This document shows, piece by piece, positions 53,742-63,871 of a DNA stretch of 64,000 nt (within the stretch, counting starts at the first letter, position 1; each line of letters starts with the position of its first letter). The notes under the pieces were generated by a model. It did not search any database. It had not been told where the DNA came from and saw only the letters and a list, made by a program, of their open reading frames with translations. Both the position numbers and the translations under genes were made by a program. The stretch is from Acidobacteriota bacterium (GTDB taxonomy: Bacteria; Acidobacteriota; UBA6911; RPQK01; G965218465), in contig OZ244623.1 of assembly GCA_965218465.1 (NCBI GenBank), positions 3,032,237 through 3,096,236 on the forward strand, given 5' to 3'.

Positions 53742-54992
53742 TTAGAAGTTGTAAATCAAGTTCAGCTCGATGAAGCTGTCGCCTCGGACCTCGTAGTCGA
53801 GAGCTGCCTTGTCGATACCGAGAAGACCGATGGCCTCCAGGCGCAGAGACCACTGGTCAGAAATGCGCCGGTTCAACTCGACAGTCAGTACACGTCCCGC
53901 ACTGTCCATGTCTTTCAGAATACTGGCGACGACTTCGGTGCTCTGGACATCGTTGAACGCAAAGCGTGTGCCGAGGAAGAAATCGTTCTGGAAGATATTG
54001 GTGGCATTTCTACCCCGTCCATCGTAGTTCCACTCACTGAGCAGGGTAAGATCGGCAGCCGAGCCCCCTAAGGAATAGAAAGTGTATTCACCGCCAATAG
54101 TGGAAGCCGCATAGTCCTCTTCTCTACCGAGACGGTTTCGAGCACCGGAACGGCGAATGGCCTCCAGCTTGAACAACCAGGAGCCGACCGTCAGCTGGGT
54201 ATCCAGCCCAAACTGGCGGATCTGCTCGTAATACGGAGTAAAAATCGGCGCGCCACTACCGTCCCTCCCCGGCAACAGAAAAGGATCCCGGCTGGTGCCA
54301 TCAAATACGCTCATCCCCACATCGAAGGGTCCGAAACTACGGCTGTAGCGAGCGGCGAGATCCAGATGCCACTGCTTGGCGTCGCTCTCATATGAGACCT
54401 GCTCGTTGTCCACGACGAGTGGAAAGCGCAGCCGGCCAAAGCGGCCCGGAAAGGTGCGGGCGCGATGGTAGGTCAGACCGAATATTTCTGCCACACCCCA
54501 ATCTCCGGACCAAGTGAGATGGGCCATGGGTTGGCCCAGCTTCGGCTCTTTGTAGGGGTGTTCCACCAAGTCGATCTGGTTGATGATATTGACGAGGTGG
54601 CGTGATTCGGTAACTCCCCAGAACACCTGGTCAACGCCAAGGCGCAGCTCCCATCCGCTATTGCCGATTTCACCGAATAGCAAGAGATAGGCTTCATGCA
54701 GATCGGCATGGGTGCGACGTGGGTCCGCGGCATCGTAGCGAAAGAACGGCGTCAGAGTGAAACTTCTACCCTCGGCATCTTCAAGATAGAGTTTGGGCGT
54801 TGCCACAAAACCGCTTGCATGCGAGCGCTGGCCGGAATGAGTGCCGGTTTGGGGATGCCACCGGCTTTCGATGCTCAAGCTCCCGGAAAACTCGTGTTTG
54901 ACGATCTCGGCGCGCACTCCGATGGGAAAGACCAAGACCAGAACCCAGGCAGCGCCGAGTGGAGCGCACTGAAGAGCAACACGCTGGAGCAT
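53742..54992 (-). CDS. Outer-membrane beta-barrel protein of the MMPL/LolA-like triad
   Basis: Signal peptide, amphipathic strands (VFWGVTES, IINQID, LGQPM, WLFKLEA), C-terminal YNF. Confidence 0.7.
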   Translation of the reverse strand: MLQRVALQCAPLGAAWVLVLVFPIGVRAEIVKHEFSGSLSIESRWHPQTGTHSGQRSHASGFVATPKLYLEDAEGRSFTLTPFFRYDAADPRRTHADLHEAYLLLFGEIGNSGWELRLGVDQVFWGVTESRHLVNIINQIDLVEHPYKEPKLGQPMAHLTWSGDWGVAEIFGLTYHRARTFPGRFGRLRFPLVVDNEQVSYESDAKQWHLDLAARYSRSFGPFDVGMSVFDGTSRDPFLLPGRDGSGAPIFTPYYEQIRQFGLDTQLTVGSWLFKLEAIRRSGARNRLGREEDYAASTIGGEYTFYSLGGSAADLTLLSEWNYDGRGRNATNIFQNDFFLGTRFAFNDVQSTEVVASILKDMDSAGRVLTVELNRRISDQWSLRLEAIGLLGIDKAALDYEVRGDSFIELNLIYNF

Positions 54993-55816
54993 CAACGAAC
55001 CCGTTGCAGCCCAGTGCGGGTGAAGTCGCGTTCGTTGAGCTTGGTTCGGAATTCATAATCCGTCCAGTTCAGCACGGTGCTCTTGCCAGTGAGATGATTC
55101 ACCATCGTCATCTCGCCGGCGTACCAGTAACGATCCAGATGTTGCTCGTAGCTCCCCAAGGTGAGAGTCTTCAGATGCGCATCCTTGCGGTCGTAATACT
55201 CCACTTTCCGGACCCGAAGCTCGTCCCGGTCGCGCCAGACCAGTTGGCGGCGGTAGCCCGATCTCTTATCCACCGGGACGCGTTCGGAGACCACGCATGT
55301 CAAATCGCCGCAAGGCTCGTCACGCAAGTATCGGTAACTGAATCTCTCTATCTCCTGGACAGTCATGTCCTCATAGGCAAATTCGCTGCCCATGAAGGAG
55401 CCGGACCGGTTCGACGAACTGATGCGCTTGACCCGTTTCAGAGCGGGCAAATAGAGCCATTGGTCGTCTGCAGCATCCTTGTGGGCATGGATAAGCAGCG
55501 CGGTTCCCTTGACGTCGCGCGGCTGATCGAACACGAACAGGCTCCTGTCACCGTCTCCGGTGACCTCGAGAACCATTACCCGCAGCTGCCGCCGGCTCTC
55601 CTGCCCCTGTTTGTTGCGCAGCACCATGGTCTGACGAGCCGTGAAATTGCCAAAACCCTGGCCGCGTTCGCGGGCTTCGCGCGCGATCTTCAATGCGGTT
55701 TCCTCAGTGTCAGTGCTTTGTGTCGGTTCGAGTGGCCCGGCACCAAGACAAGCCAAAGAGGCCAAATAAGGCACCATCAACAAGAGCGCCGATCGGACGA
55801 GATAAACGTGAATCAT
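54992..55816 (-). CDS. LolA-like outer-membrane lipoprotein-sorting protein
   Basis: ATG at 55816; PRDVKGTALL, DDQWLYLPALKRVKRI, FMGSEFAYED, YYDRK. Confidence 0.85.
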   Translation of the reverse strand: MIHVYLVRSALLLMVPYLASLACLGAGPLEPTQSTDTEETALKIAREARERGQGFGNFTARQTMVLRNKQGQESRRQLRVMVLEVTGDGDRSLFVFDQPRDVKGTALLIHAHKDAADDQWLYLPALKRVKRISSSNRSGSFMGSEFAYEDMTVQEIERFSYRYLRDEPCGDLTCVVSERVPVDKRSGYRRQLVWRDRDELRVRKVEYYDRKDAHLKTLTLGSYEQHLDRYWYAGEMTMVNHLTGKSTVLNWTDYEFRTKLNERDFTRTGLQRVR

Positions 55817-58104
55817 GAGGTCCTCCGGTCGATGGCCATCAGCAGAGTCGGAAGAAGAAGAAAATCGGCTAGGAGTGCAAAGATGAGCGTGGTCGCGACC
55901 AGAAGGCCGAGCGCCCAGCTGACCTCGAATCCCGATGCAGCGAATACCAGGAAGCCCCCCGACAAGACAACGGTTGTGGTCCATAACGCCTGACCTACAG
56001 TGCAAAAGGCGGCGCGCACGGACTCAGGCGCCGGGAGGCCCTCGCGGCGGGCCTTCAGGTATTTGCTCAGAAAATGAATCGTATCGTCCACGATAATCCC
56101 GAAGGCGACGACGGTGACTACCGAGGAAGCAATACCCACGCGGCCGACCAGATAGCCCCACAGACCGAAGCTCATGGCTGCGGGGATAAAATTGGGCAAA
56201 AGACTGATGAGGCCAAGGCGCACGCTTTTGAAAACCACGATTAGGATTAACGAAATGAGAGCCATGGCGATGATCGTGCCGCGCAGCATGCTGTCGATGT
56301 TTCGTTTGGAAATGTGAGCAAAGATCATACTGATGCCCGATGCCGCGGTCGCCAAGTCGGGCGCATTGGCGAGGAGCCAAGCCTGTGCGCGCGCATCAAG
56401 CTCGCGCTGTTCCCGAGCTGACGAACTGCGGACTACGGCGGTCATGCGCGTAGCCGACTTGGCAACGTCAATGCGGTCGTTGAGATCACTGCCGAATGGA
56501 AGCGAAAGCTCGTAGAGCAACAGATACTGCGCAGCCAGCTCCGGATCGTCAGGCAACCGATAGAAGCTCGGGTCATCACCGTGCATGTTCTTGTTCAGAC
56601 GTTTCATGACATCCGGAAAGGCTTGCACGTGGGTCACTTCGGGCTGCTCCCGGTACCATTCGGCGAAACTATCGACTGCTCGCAGATAATCGGGATTGGT
56701 GATGCTGCCTTCGCTCCCCGCTTTCAGCGAGTATTCCAGCGTATTCAAGCCGGTCAGGTTTTGGAGAACAAAGTCCGTATGGCGCCGGAACTGGTAACGC
56801 TCATCGAAATACCGCGTCCAGTTGTCACTCAGCTCATTGCGGGGAATGCCCATGATCAGCGCGCCTGCCACAAGGACGACAAACCAAAGTAGGATTGTCC
56901 GTCGTGAGATGACGAAGGTAGCGAAACGGTCGAAGAAGACAGGCCGTCCAGCGCGGACAGGACGAGCACGCAAGGGCAGGAACGAAAGCAACGCCGGCAG
57001 GAGAGTCATGGAATAGACAAAGGCGCATGTCACTCCAAATGCCACCAGATTGCCCAGGACGTGAAAAGGTGGCGAATCCGAGGCATTCAGGCTGAGAAAC
57101 CCGATCGCAGTCGTGACCGTGGTGAGAAACATCGGATAGGCATTGTGGCGAAGCGACTCCGCAATCGCCGTATTCCTGCCTAGGCCACGGCCCATACCCA
57201 ATAAGACAGCCGAGACGATGTGGACTGAATGCGCAACGGCAACCGCCATGACGATGAGTGGTACGCCGGCATTGGTGGGGCTGAACACCGTGCGGATCCA
57301 GCCGGCGAACCCCATAGTGGTGTTGACCACGAACACGAGCACGATAACGATGGACAGGGTGCCCAATACCGAGCGTAGGAGAAAGGCCGTGGCAGCGACG
57401 ATGATGACAAACATGATCGGTGCCAGGGTCCGAATATCGTCCTGGGTGGCGTCGGCAAAGGCACGGTTCATGACAACATCGCCGGTCAGGTAAAAGTCGA
57501 TGTCCGGATGGCGCGCGTGGGTCTCATCCAGGAGCGCGTTGAGATAATCGGTAATCTCAACCACCGCGGCGTCTAGATTTTCGGGCAGGACGAAATTAAT
57601 CGCCAACCCGCCTACGCGTCCGTCACGGGAGACCATACGCCCGGCAATTTCGATTGCGTTCAGTGCGATCCTCTCGATTCGCTCCAGATTGGCATCGCTC
57701 AGCGACTGCGCGTCTTCGACCAGCGGTTCGACGATCAAATCGTCCCCCAACGCCTCGCTATGGGAATAGTTGGTGAGGGAATCGACTCGACTTGAATAAG
57801 GCGCGCGCCACGCGGCTTCGGTCAGCTCCTCAATGGTGCCAAGCGTCTCGCGGGTAAACACCGAACCCTCTCGGGGCGCGATGGCAATCAGTGCTGTATC
57901 GGATGCGGAGTAGGTGTTCTCCAAGGAGTCGAAAGCGGCAAGTTGCGGATTGTCTTCTCCGAACATAACACGGTAATCGTTGGTGACGGCGACGAAGCGG
58001 GCGCCCGCCGTCATGACCAGCATCAGGAGTAGGGCCAGCACGGCAACCAGCCAGCGACGGCGCAGAATGGTGGCGACGTAGCGGTCCAATACCACAGGCC
58101 TCAT
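55813..58104 (-). CDS. MMPL/RND-family transporter
   Basis: Two repeats of TM, large loop and TM cluster; TTVTTAIGFLSL, LLPALL, GIIVDDTIHF. Confidence 0.9.
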   Translation of the reverse strand: MRPVVLDRYVATILRRRWLVAVLALLLMLVMTAGARFVAVTNDYRVMFGEDNPQLAAFDSLENTYSASDTALIAIAPREGSVFTRETLGTIEELTEAAWRAPYSSRVDSLTNYSHSEALGDDLIVEPLVEDAQSLSDANLERIERIALNAIEIAGRMVSRDGRVGGLAINFVLPENLDAAVVEITDYLNALLDETHARHPDIDFYLTGDVVMNRAFADATQDDIRTLAPIMFVIIVAATAFLLRSVLGTLSIVIVLVFVVNTTMGFAGWIRTVFSPTNAGVPLIVMAVAVAHSVHIVSAVLLGMGRGLGRNTAIAESLRHNAYPMFLTTVTTAIGFLSLNASDSPPFHVLGNLVAFGVTCAFVYSMTLLPALLSFLPLRARPVRAGRPVFFDRFATFVISRRTILLWFVVLVAGALIMGIPRNELSDNWTRYFDERYQFRRHTDFVLQNLTGLNTLEYSLKAGSEGSITNPDYLRAVDSFAEWYREQPEVTHVQAFPDVMKRLNKNMHGDDPSFYRLPDDPELAAQYLLLYELSLPFGSDLNDRIDVAKSATRMTAVVRSSSAREQRELDARAQAWLLANAPDLATAASGISMIFAHISKRNIDSMLRGTIIAMALISLILIVVFKSVRLGLISLLPNFIPAAMSFGLWGYLVGRVGIASSVVTVVAFGIIVDDTIHFLSKYLKARREGLPAPESVRAAFCTVGQALWTTTVVLSGGFLVFAASGFEVSWALGLLVATTLIFALLADFLLLPTLLMAIDRRTS

Positions 58105-58281
58105 GACCTCGACCTTTCCAGGCTGGGAGCAGCGACTAAATCGTCAACTCGATTGCGCGGCGCTATCGACACGGCCAACTACAGATAACTTCGTTCCATC
58201 TGCCGGCCGAATCTCTGCTTCCTGTGACCAGACCGAAACCGTTATCGTACAGAGTCGGTTGCAGCGCAGCCACAAGCATCG

Positions 58282-59436
58282 TCACCATTTGATTGATTTT
58301 GATGTGTGGACGTGATCGGGCATCTTGTAACTCAGTCCGTGGTCGTCGTATACCGAAATCTGGAGAAGCTGAGAGAAGTTATCCGATCTGAGGATCTGTT
58401 TGTCCGTGAGCATGCGCTGCAAGCGTTGTTTCATCCGGTAAAACCACAGTGTGCCTAATGTGGAGGTCTTTGGAAACTGGAACTGGTCGGCAAGTCGGTT
58501 TCCTATGAGTGCTCGTGAAAGGCGGTAGGCTAGATCTGTCAGTTTTTTCTGCTCAACTGGATCCTCTATATCCGCAACTGTCGGAATGGCATTTATCAAC
58601 ATATTGGCCACGCCTATCGAATCGGCGTCCGGCGGCGGCTCGCACATATAGCCGATCCTGTACATCTCTTCCGCCTCTTGGCTGGTGGTATAGAGGATGG
58701 TCTCAGGAATCCCCATGAGATAGCCAGCGTAGCGCCAAACCTTGACAACACTCTCTTGTTCTTCCTTGTTGAGGTTTGCGCCCACCCGCAACGAGTATTC
58801 CACCAAGCGCTTGGAAAAGACGGAGATGGCGAACCCCAGGTGTGCCGCGCTTACCGGCATGCCCCAAGTTTCGTGATCCCAATCGTCGGATTTCGCCAGC
58901 AGGTTTCTTATTCGAGTATGAACGAAGCGTATTCGTGTGGATAGCTTCCATCCGTCGCCGTTTCTTTGCAGGCCGCCGGGAAAAAAGATATCCATCATGT
59001 GGCGGTTATTCTGTTGCAGGCGCCTTTTGGTCGACGCCACCCGCCCGGTAATATTGAAAGACTTGGCAATAAGCGTCGAGAAGCCTTCCACCAGCACCCC
59101 CGTAACAAATGCGACGAGCATGAGGTTTACGTTTGCGTGGAAGGCGCGAATCCCCGGACGAAAGTCTTCGTAGTCGAGCCAGGGAGGTTCTTCGAGACTT
59201 TCGAAGAAATCGCGCAGGGCCTGTGGCGCATTACACAGAACCTCATCGCGCCCCTCTATGCCAGCCCCGATGAACCGGTGCAGTTCTTGAGGAGGAAAAG
59301 AGGAGAGTTCCTCCATCACCGGGTCCAGCATGGGATCGCCAATGGTGGTATGTTTGATGTAGTTGTCGGCCATTGCCTGGTCGTAGAGACGGGCCTTCGC
59401 TTGACCCTCAACGTACGCCGATGGGACTTGTTTCAT
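58282..59436 (-). CDS. Lcp/MpaB-family (DUF2236) heme oxygenase-like protein, no signal peptide
   Basis: GDP..D, PPWLD, RFVHTRIR (putative heme-ligand His), WGMPVS, WRYAGYLMGI; ATG at 59436. Confidence 0.75.
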   Translation of the reverse strand: MKQVPSAYVEGQAKARLYDQAMADNYIKHTTIGDPMLDPVMEELSSFPPQELHRFIGAGIEGRDEVLCNAPQALRDFFESLEEPPWLDYEDFRPGIRAFHANVNLMLVAFVTGVLVEGFSTLIAKSFNITGRVASTKRRLQQNNRHMMDIFFPGGLQRNGDGWKLSTRIRFVHTRIRNLLAKSDDWDHETWGMPVSAAHLGFAISVFSKRLVEYSLRVGANLNKEEQESVVKVWRYAGYLMGIPETILYTTSQEAEEMYRIGYMCEPPPDADSIGVANMLINAIPTVADIEDPVEQKKLTDLAYRLSRALIGNRLADQFQFPKTSTLGTLWFYRMKQRLQRMLTDKQILRSDNFSQLLQISVYDDHGLSYKMPDHVHTSKSIKW

Positions 59437-59926
59437 CCTTCGATCTCCTTGCAGTCTTATCAACGAATTCCCCGAAGAAACAAGTAGAGAGTGCCAGTCA
59501 CAAACTTGATCGGGAGTAATGGTTTCCCGAACTGTCCTGGGCTAATTTCCTTAGCCTCCGCGACCGGTTTACAGTGTCAGCAACCACCGCATAGAGCCTG
59601 AACCCAAGCGCCCGTTGCGCATGTCGGAGACATACTCCAACTCGTCGCTTGGCAGCTAGACAAATCGATGCTATCACGACCACAACCGTATTCGTCAACC
59701 TTGTATTATCACGCTTGAGAGCGGTGTGGTCGCGTTTGCCCCCATTCTGGCGGCAATTCGTCCCCAAGTTTTGGTTCTTCATAATAAGCAAAGTCCCCAA
59801 CCAGAGCATCTTCTTACCAAGGGCTGACTTCGGTCTCCCTATCCTGCTTCATGTTCAACCGGTGTGCCCGGACTCGCCATTTCCAGGCGCCGAGTCCTGT
59901 TCCACCCATGGCTTCGTTTTGCCCGC

Positions 59927-61186
59927 TTACGGTCTATCACCGGCAACGGCGCGGGCGGCCATGTGACCGGAACGAACGGCACTTTCGATGGTGGCGGGCA
60001 GACCTGTATCGATCCAATCCCCTGCCAAATAGAGGTTGGAGAACTTGCTTCGGGTTCGCGGACGGCGCCGGACTTGCTCAGGCGTTTGTGCGAACGTGGC
60101 GCGTTTTTCCTTGACGATGCGATGCGCCGGTAACGTGTCCCGCTTGCGATCAAGTGCCTTGGCGACATCGTTCCAGGTCTTGCGGGCAATCGTGCCGGCC
60201 GGCTCCTCCGCGAGTGCATCGCCCGCGCTTACCGTTATCGATGCAATGTCACCACGAACAAACAGCCACTGGGCTGTCCCCCCTATCAGTCCAAGAATAG
60301 GCAGTTCCGCCGGTAGATCAGCGGGGGCGGACAAACGGAAATGAACGTTTACGATGGCATGGCTTAGTGCCGGAACGGTCAGCGCCGGCACTAAGCCAGC
60401 CGCAACCGGCGGGGGCACCGCCAGCACAACGCTCTCGCCATCTTGCAATTCGATCGTTTCGGCGCCGAAGTCCAGACCGCGCGCACGGCGGCCGCTGTAG
60501 TTGATCCGGCGCAACCGGCGTCCAAACCGAATGGGAGCGCCTTGTTGATTCAAGAACTCCACGGCCGGATCCACGAAGGCGCGGGAAAGGCCTTTTTTGG
60601 CGATTCGTGGCCGGCAGGCTGCCTCTCCTTTAGCGAACGTCTCACGTACTACGGACCACAACAGACGGGCTGCACCGGCTCGAGCCGGCGTGTTCAATGC
60701 CCCGACGGCGAGAGGTTGCCAGAATCTCTCGAACAAAATAGTGCTGTCGGCGACGCAATCGGTCACAGTGCAATCGGCGCCGGCCACGGCCAATCGCAGC
60801 GCCGACAAATAGTTCCAAACTTTGGTCCCGGGCACGCGCCGCTTGGCGTCGAGGATCCACCAGGGCACCCTTCCGGCATTGGGTCGCAAGAGCCATCGCT
60901 GACCGGTGCGAAGATCAAGGAACGGAAAGCAGGCCGAAACCGGGCCGATCAATGCTTCCGTGGCTTCGATCTCCTCCAGATAGCGCATTGCAGCCTTGTT
61001 GCCGCTCAGTAGCAGATGGTTGCCGTTGTCGACCACACAATCGAGCTTGGCATCGAGGTAGGACCGGCAACGGCCGCCGGCCTGACCGCGCGCTTCGTAG
61101 AGGGTGACAGCCCGCCCCTCTCGCACTAACGATACTGCAGTGGCAAGACCCGCCAAGCCGGCGCCGATGATGTGAACTCGGGGCAC
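59927..61186 (-). CDS. hpnE: Hydroxysqualene dehydroxylase
   Basis: GAGLAGL, GGRCRSY, DNGNHLLLSGN, VKEKRATF, LAGDW.DTGLPATIESAV; follows hpnD. Confidence 0.92.
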   Translation of the reverse strand: MPRVHIIGAGLAGLATAVSLVREGRAVTLYEARGQAGGRCRSYLDAKLDCVVDNGNHLLLSGNKAAMRYLEEIEATEALIGPVSACFPFLDLRTGQRWLLRPNAGRVPWWILDAKRRVPGTKVWNYLSALRLAVAGADCTVTDCVADSTILFERFWQPLAVGALNTPARAGAARLLWSVVRETFAKGEAACRPRIAKKGLSRAFVDPAVEFLNQQGAPIRFGRRLRRINYSGRRARGLDFGAETIELQDGESVVLAVPPPVAAGLVPALTVPALSHAIVNVHFRLSAPADLPAELPILGLIGGTAQWLFVRGDIASITVSAGDALAEEPAGTIARKTWNDVAKALDRKRDTLPAHRIVKEKRATFAQTPEQVRRRPRTRSKFSNLYLAGDWIDTGLPATIESAVRSGHMAARAVAGDRP

Positions 61187-61198
61187 GAAAAAAGTCCG

Positions 61199-62092
61199 TC
61201 AGAGAAATCCGTAACGCAAGGCGAGCAACATCTTTCGCATAGGCGTCAGCCTAACCGAAACATCTATTCGCTTCCAACCCCGTTCTTGCAGGCGCTCCAG
61301 CATCTCTCGATAAACCGCCATCATAAGGGCGGCAGGCCGCATTTTCCGCCATCCGAGTCCCGCCAACAATTCGTCGGCTTTGGTGTAGTAGCTCTGCGCA
61401 AGGTCGGCCAGTTCCGAACAAGTTTCGGCAAAGCCCGGATGATTGAAAACTGCGTTCAATGAATTCGCGATGACACCATGTTTGCCGAGCATTTCCAAAG
61501 GCAAATAGAGGCGCTGCAACGCCGCATCTTCTTTCAAGTCGCGCAGGATGTTGGTTAATTGCAGGGCATTTCCGAGCGTCTCGGCAATTTGCGGTCCAGG
61601 GTGCCGGGGCACGCCAAAGGCGTGGATCGACAGCATGCCAACCGCGCCGGCGACCTTGCGACAATAGTTCAACAAGTCGTCCAGCTTCTGCATCCGTACC
61701 GTTGGGGCCGCGTCGATTTCCACACCGTCGATCACGGCCAGGAATTCCTCCCGCGGCAAGTTGAAGCTTTGCACCGATTTCAGCAGCGCCTTTGTCGTAG
61801 GCCATTTCGGCTGTTTGGCATAAAGCCGGGCAATCTCTTCACGCCAAGCCGCCAGCGCTCGCCTCTTGTCTGCCACTTGGCCCGGCTCGTCGGCAATGTC
61901 GTCAACCTCGCGGCAAAACGCATAAATGGCGTGCATTGCGCGCCGCCGTTCGGTCGGTAATAGCTTCAAACCCCAAAGAAACGAGGTGCCCGATTGTGCA
62001 ACGACGCGATTCACGTGAGCCCATGGCTCGATCTGGGCAGGGGTCGACTTGCTTGGGGTGAGGGTAGCCAGGGAATGATGCGCCGAACTCAC
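61199..62092 (-). CDS. hpnD: Presqualene diphosphate synthase
   Basis: SGTSF, IYAFCREVDDIAD, YCRKVAGAVG, ALQLTNILRDLKEDA, RLYLP. Confidence 0.9.
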   Translation of the reverse strand: MSSAHHSLATLTPSKSTPAQIEPWAHVNRVVAQSGTSFLWGLKLLPTERRRAMHAIYAFCREVDDIADEPGQVADKRRALAAWREEIARLYAKQPKWPTTKALLKSVQSFNLPREEFLAVIDGVEIDAAPTVRMQKLDDLLNYCRKVAGAVGMLSIHAFGVPRHPGPQIAETLGNALQLTNILRDLKEDAALQRLYLPLEMLGKHGVIANSLNAVFNHPGFAETCSELADLAQSYYTKADELLAGLGWRKMRPAALMMAVYREMLERLQERGWKRIDVSVRLTPMRKMLLALRYGFL

Positions 62093-62367
62093 GTCGTTAG
62101 AACCCCCAATACTTGCGTCGGAATCAGTCCGCCGACTTGATACCTGTGTAAGAGCGAATCCAACCAGACAAATATAGAGCAGATTTTACTCTATCTGCAA
62201 ATCGGCCCCGACGAGGCTGCGGCAGTCGCTTCCCGCCGCTCGAAACCGCTCTCGATTAGAGGCGGGCTTGTCCCAATAGGAAACAGGCCGTGCAGGTGGT
62301 CAACAATTAGGTCCGGGCGAGGCCCCGCAGGGACCGGCGATCAAGGCGACAAATGACGACCGGCGCA

Positions 62368-63267
62368 CTACTTGAGGTTTGAGGGAAGCGTTTCCGCCGG
62401 ATGACCCCGGCGCAAGGCTCTTCGGAACATGACTTTCCCAATGCCGTGGGCACAGCTTCCCGCCAACTGCGCTTTCGTCAGCACCACACGTTCCGCCAAG
62501 GGGTCCCGCCGACGCAATTCAGCACTGAGTTTCCTGGCGATGGTGACGATTACGGAAGTTTCCATGGCAAAGCGGAAGTTGCGAAACTGGTCCGGCAAAG
62601 GATCGGCCAATGTCAGCAAGTCATCGGTTGCATCGAGACACAGGTCCAGCACTTGGCGCAGGGCTGTTGTCGACCGTTTGTTACTGAGCACCTCGACACC
62701 GATGCCCGCTTCCCTCATCCAGTTCCGCGGCAGGTAGACTCGATTCAGCCTCTCGTAATCATCCTGGCAGTCCTGCAGGTGGTTGAGCACTTGCAGCCCG
62801 TTGCAAAGGGCGTCGCAAGCCGGATATGTTGTCGCCGACTCGCCATGCAGGTCGACCAGGTAGCGGCCTACAGGTGCCGCCGAGAGATTGCAATAGCCGA
62901 TCAGATCGTCCCAATCGTCATAGCGCAGTTTGGTCGCATCCAGTTTGAAGGCGCGTGTCAGATCAATGCAATGCCGATGCGTCACCCCTGTGGCAGCCAA
63001 GCTGCGACGGATCGCGTGCGCTTTGCGGAAGGCCGGATCGGTTGCCTCGACACCCCTCACCGCTTTGGCGAAGCCGTCCAGGCGTTCGATCTTGTCGGCG
63101 GGCTCCAAGTTGGGGTTGTCAGCAATGTCATCGATCGCCCGCGCGTAGGCATAAAAGGTTGCGATATGCGGTCGCAGATGGGCGGGCAGCAGCCGGGACC
63201 CGACGGGAAAATTCTCATCTGTTGCGACCTTGCCGGATGGTGTCTCGATCGAAGCAGCCTTGTCCAT
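62368..63267 (-). CDS. hpnC: Hydroxysqualene synthase
   Basis: ENFPVGS, YARAIDDIAD, YCNLSAAPVGR, DALC..LQVLNHLQD, RVYLP. Confidence 0.92.
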   Translation of the reverse strand: MDKAASIETPSGKVATDENFPVGSRLLPAHLRPHIATFYAYARAIDDIADNPNLEPADKIERLDGFAKAVRGVEATDPAFRKAHAIRRSLAATGVTHRHCIDLTRAFKLDATKLRYDDWDDLIGYCNLSAAPVGRYLVDLHGESATTYPACDALCNGLQVLNHLQDCQDDYERLNRVYLPRNWMREAGIGVEVLSNKRSTTALRQVLDLCLDATDDLLTLADPLPDQFRNFRFAMETSVIVTIARKLSAELRRRDPLAERVVLTKAQLAGSCAHGIGKVMFRRALRRGHPAETLPSNLK

Positions 63268-63361
63268 GGCAAATCTATGGGCGAAGGGAACCTGTCGTTG
63301 GCGTGTCTAACCTCAAGGTTATCGCGAAAGCGCCGGCACCTGCTACATGCCGGGTCACCGC

Positions 63362-63455
63362 ATCACGGTTTTGGGAACCGCCTGGTACGGGTCCAGCAGA
63401 GCCATCTTACCGCCGGCTTATTGCGGGGATATGGCCGATGAAAGATCCGGGTCAT
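63362..63455 (-). pseudogene. Remnant of a second LIV-type binding-protein gene with a ~600-bp internal deletion
   Basis: Start MTRIFH as in the 51066 copy, joined at GATG to sequence homologous to 50369-50449. Confidence 0.7.
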
Positions 63456-63871
63456 TAGACTCGCCCCTTGACCAGGGTGAGATGGTTTCTGCCTCCCTCC
63501 CGCCGATAGTGCAACTCGTCCATCATAGTGCGCACCAGATGGACGCCCAGCCCCCCCACGGATCGCTCCTCCACCCCCGACTCCAGATCGGGCGGGGGCG
63601 CATCCCTGAGCGGATCGAAAGGCAGACCGTTGTCCACGATCTCGATGGTCAGCGCATCCGCTTTCGAGGTCAGCCTGATCTCGATCTGCTGCAGATTTTC
63701 GCTCTTGCCGTGGTTGATGACGTTCAGCCCCAACTCCTCCAGAACCAATTCCACCTGAAAGAGCAAGTCGGCAGGCCATTGCTGCGCCTCCCCGAATTCC
63801 TCCACCGCAGCGGTAATGGTCTCCAATTCCTCGACTCTCGGGTCGACCTTCAGGACCAGTTTTCCGCTCAA
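63455..63871 (-). CDS. RsbW-like anti-sigma factor kinase (copy 2)
   Basis: 138 aa, differs from copy 1 at two residues (A/E and E/K). Confidence 0.88.
   Translation of the reverse strand: MSGKLVLKVDPRVEELETITAAVEEFGEAQQWPADLLFQVELVLEELGLNVINHGKSENLQQIEIRLTSKADALTIEIVDNGLPFDPLRDAPPPDLESGVEERSVGGLGVHLVRTMMDELHYRREGGRNHLTLVKGRV

Noticed and set aside
59470-59926. Possible shc (hpnF) remnant after hpnE
   Set aside because: No cyclase-like motifs seen in the frames inspected; treated as non-coding
48479-63441. Long plus-strand ORFs (48479-49639, 51482-52813, 54959-55993, 62401-63441)
   Set aside because: Each lies antisense to a well-supported gene in GC-rich DNA and shows no motif
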